25,395 nt of DNA from a virus (taxonomy: Duplodnaviria; Caudoviricetes), in the IMG/VR virus record IMGVR_UViG_3300020181_000030, positions 1 through 25,395 of that record; one strand, 5' to 3'. Shown piece after piece: positions 24,075 through 25,395 of this stretch. The notes beneath the pieces were generated by a model. That model did no database searches. It had not been told where the DNA came from and worked only from the letters and a program-made list of their open reading frames with translations. Numbering within the stretch: the stretch's first letter is position 1; the number at the start of each line of letters is the position of its first letter. Both the position numbers and the translations under genes were made by a program.

Positions 24075-24148
24075 AACTCGCCCTCGCGCTCGCCGGCGTC
24101 GCTACGGCGTGCGCGCTCGCCGCCCTCGTCGACTGGCTCCTACCGTGA
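24068..24148 (+). CDS. Hydrophobic micro-peptide (26 aa)
   Basis: MVELALALAGVATACALAALVDWLLP fills the gap exactly and has a GTGA overlap with the next gene. Confidence 0.45.
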   Translation: MVELALALAGVATACALAALVDWLLP

Positions 24149-24381
24149 GCGCCGAGGCGCCCGAGACGGTGACGGAGGCGCTCGCCGACTACGCCGCCCG
24201 GCTCCCGTTCCCGCCCGAGGTCGAGGCGGCGTTCGGCCGGCCGCAACCGGGATGCCCGCCGGCCGTGTGGCGGCTCCTCGTCGTCGCCGCCGACCTCGCC
24301 CGGGCTATGGCCGACCCCGACGACGGCGTGTTCGATTTCGCCGTGTGGGCGACGGCCGCCTACGAGGAGGCGGAGACGTGA
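24145..24381 (+). CDS. Hypothetical protein (78 aa)
   Basis: GTGA overlaps at both ends; GC3-rich. Confidence 0.65.
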   Translation: MSAEAPETVTEALADYAARLPFPPEVEAAFGRPQPGCPPAVWRLLVVAADLARAMADPDDGVFDFAVWATAAYEEAET

Positions 24382-24803
24382 TCGACGAGGACGCCCTAAT
24401 CGCCGGGATCGAACTCGTCGGGAGGTGCGGCGCGACGAACACGGAGCTAGGGCACCTCTACGACGACGACGAACCGCCGCCCGGGTGGACGGAAGGGGAA
24501 CGGGTGCCGGCCGAGGCGGCGTCGTGGTACGCGCACGCCCAATTCCGAGGCGCCCGGGTCACCGTCGAGGGCTACCGCTCCCCGGTCGAGGCCGTCGAGG
24601 CGCTCGCCCGCCGGCTCCTGTCGGGTGCCCGGTGCGTCAAATGCGGCCGGGAGATACGCCTCGACTCCCGCCCGGGCGGGTGCCGGTGGCGTCGGAACGG
24701 GCCGCACTACTACCGAGGATGCGACGGCGGCCGAGGCGGCGCCGAACCGCTCGAACCGAACCGGGCCGAACGCCGCCGCCGGCGGAAAGGGGCGACACGG
24801 TGA
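24378..24803 (+). CDS. Hypothetical phage protein with CxxC...C...C zinc-binding C-terminus
   Basis: GAGGAGG RBS; WYAHAQFRG...EALARRLLSGARCVKCG; ends with a PNRAERRR tail. Confidence 0.75.
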   Translation: MIDEDALIAGIELVGRCGATNTELGHLYDDDEPPPGWTEGERVPAEAASWYAHAQFRGARVTVEGYRSPVEAVEALARRLLSGARCVKCGREIRLDSRPGGCRWRRNGPHYYRGCDGGRGGAEPLEPNRAERRRRRKGATR

Positions 24804-25249
24804 CGCCCGAACAGGCGATCGCCCTCGACCGGCCGTGCCGGCTCGCCGGCGAGACACTCCGACCCGAGTTCCGTTCCCTCGTCGGCGGGCGCCTCGCCCG
24901 CTGGTCGCTCGTGCTCACGGTGAACTCGGGCTATGAGTGAATCGAGCAGGGATACGGCGGGCCGGTCTGGCACGCCTCAATCGCCCGGCACCCGGTCGAG
25001 CCAATGGTCGACCCGGTGCTCGTGGCGCTCGCCCGCGGCCTCGCCCGAGGCTCCCTCGACGGCGTGGGCGACCCGACCCTCGGCGAATGGCACGACGTCG
25101 GCCTCCGGGCCGTTCACCTCCGCCGGCGCCTCGCTCCCGCCGAGGAGTCGATCGTCGGCGAGGTGCTCGATATCCGGGCCGACGAGGCGGAGGTCGCCCG
25201 CCGGCTCGCTCCTGTCGCCCACCTACTCCCGAAAGGCTGGTCAGAATGA
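24800..25249 (+). CDS. 149-codon reading frame with one in-frame TGA (codon 47): candidate selenoprotein, otherwise a pseudogene or two split ORFs
   Basis: GTG at 24800 with GTGA overlap. The frame continues through TGA 24938-24940 (VNSGYE*IEQGYGGPVWHASI) to TGA 25249, which overlaps the next ATG. A SECIS-like hairpin follows the internal TGA. Confidence 0.6.
24956..24976 (+). promoter_or_regulatory. Putative bacterial SECIS element
   Basis: GGCG-G-GCC-GGTCT-GGC-A-CGCC stem-loop starting 16 nt after the in-frame TGA, with a G-led apical loop. Confidence 0.5.
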
Positions 25250-25395
25250 CGAATGAGGAACGCTCGAAACTCGCCGCCGAGGCGCTCCGAGGCGACGCCG
25301 ACCGCCGGGTGCGCGCCGCCGTCGCCGCCGCCGCCGAACTCGACGCCGACGAGTCGATCCGGGATAAGCGAACCGGGGCGCTCCGGATCGTCCGG
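25246..25395 (+). CDS. Hypothetical protein, N-terminal part, truncated by window edge
   Basis: GAAAGG RBS, ATGA overlap, MTNEERSKLAAEALRGD..., open to the end of the window. Confidence 0.65.
   Translation, partial: MTNEERSKLAAEALRGDADRRVRAAVAAAAELDADESIRDKRTGALRIVR

Noticed and set aside
24933-25256. 107-aa ATG ORF overlapping the internal TGA as the true downstream gene
   Set aside because: Its Ser/Pro/Arg-rich translation is typical of an off-frame read. The GC3 pattern and ATGA coupling at 25246 favour the 24800 frame.

Overview
This window is a very GC-rich segment of a tailed actinobacterial phage or prophage with a contractile-type (P2/Mu-like) baseplate. The endolysin cell-wall-binding repeats point to an Acidimicrobiia host. 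Positions 1-13.3 kb are the tail and baseplate module: tube end, tail chaperones, a tape measure protein carrying a Zn-peptidase, a LysM protein, a transglycosylase-hub-NlpC/P60 fusion, a spike, four fibre/adhesin genes, gp25-, J- and I-like wedge genes and a side fibre. Positions 13.4-17.4 kb form an unusually large lysis/membrane cassette. Two small leftward genes lie at 17.4-17.9 kb. Positions 17.9-25.4 kb are the early/replication arm: a structured intergenic region, an HTH initiator with internal iterons, a G39P-like loader, a RuvC-like resolvase, a Gam/Gp157-like protein and many small ORFs. The most striking observation is a reading frame at 24800-25249 interrupted by a single in-frame TGA that is followed by a hairpin resembling a bacterial SECIS, making it a candidate phage-encoded selenoprotein. 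Other notable signals are an internal translation start in the endolysin, a repeated leaderless late-promoter motif, a putative non-canonical -1 chaperone frameshift and apparent avoidance of restriction palindromes. All calls come from reading motifs by eye; no searches were run.
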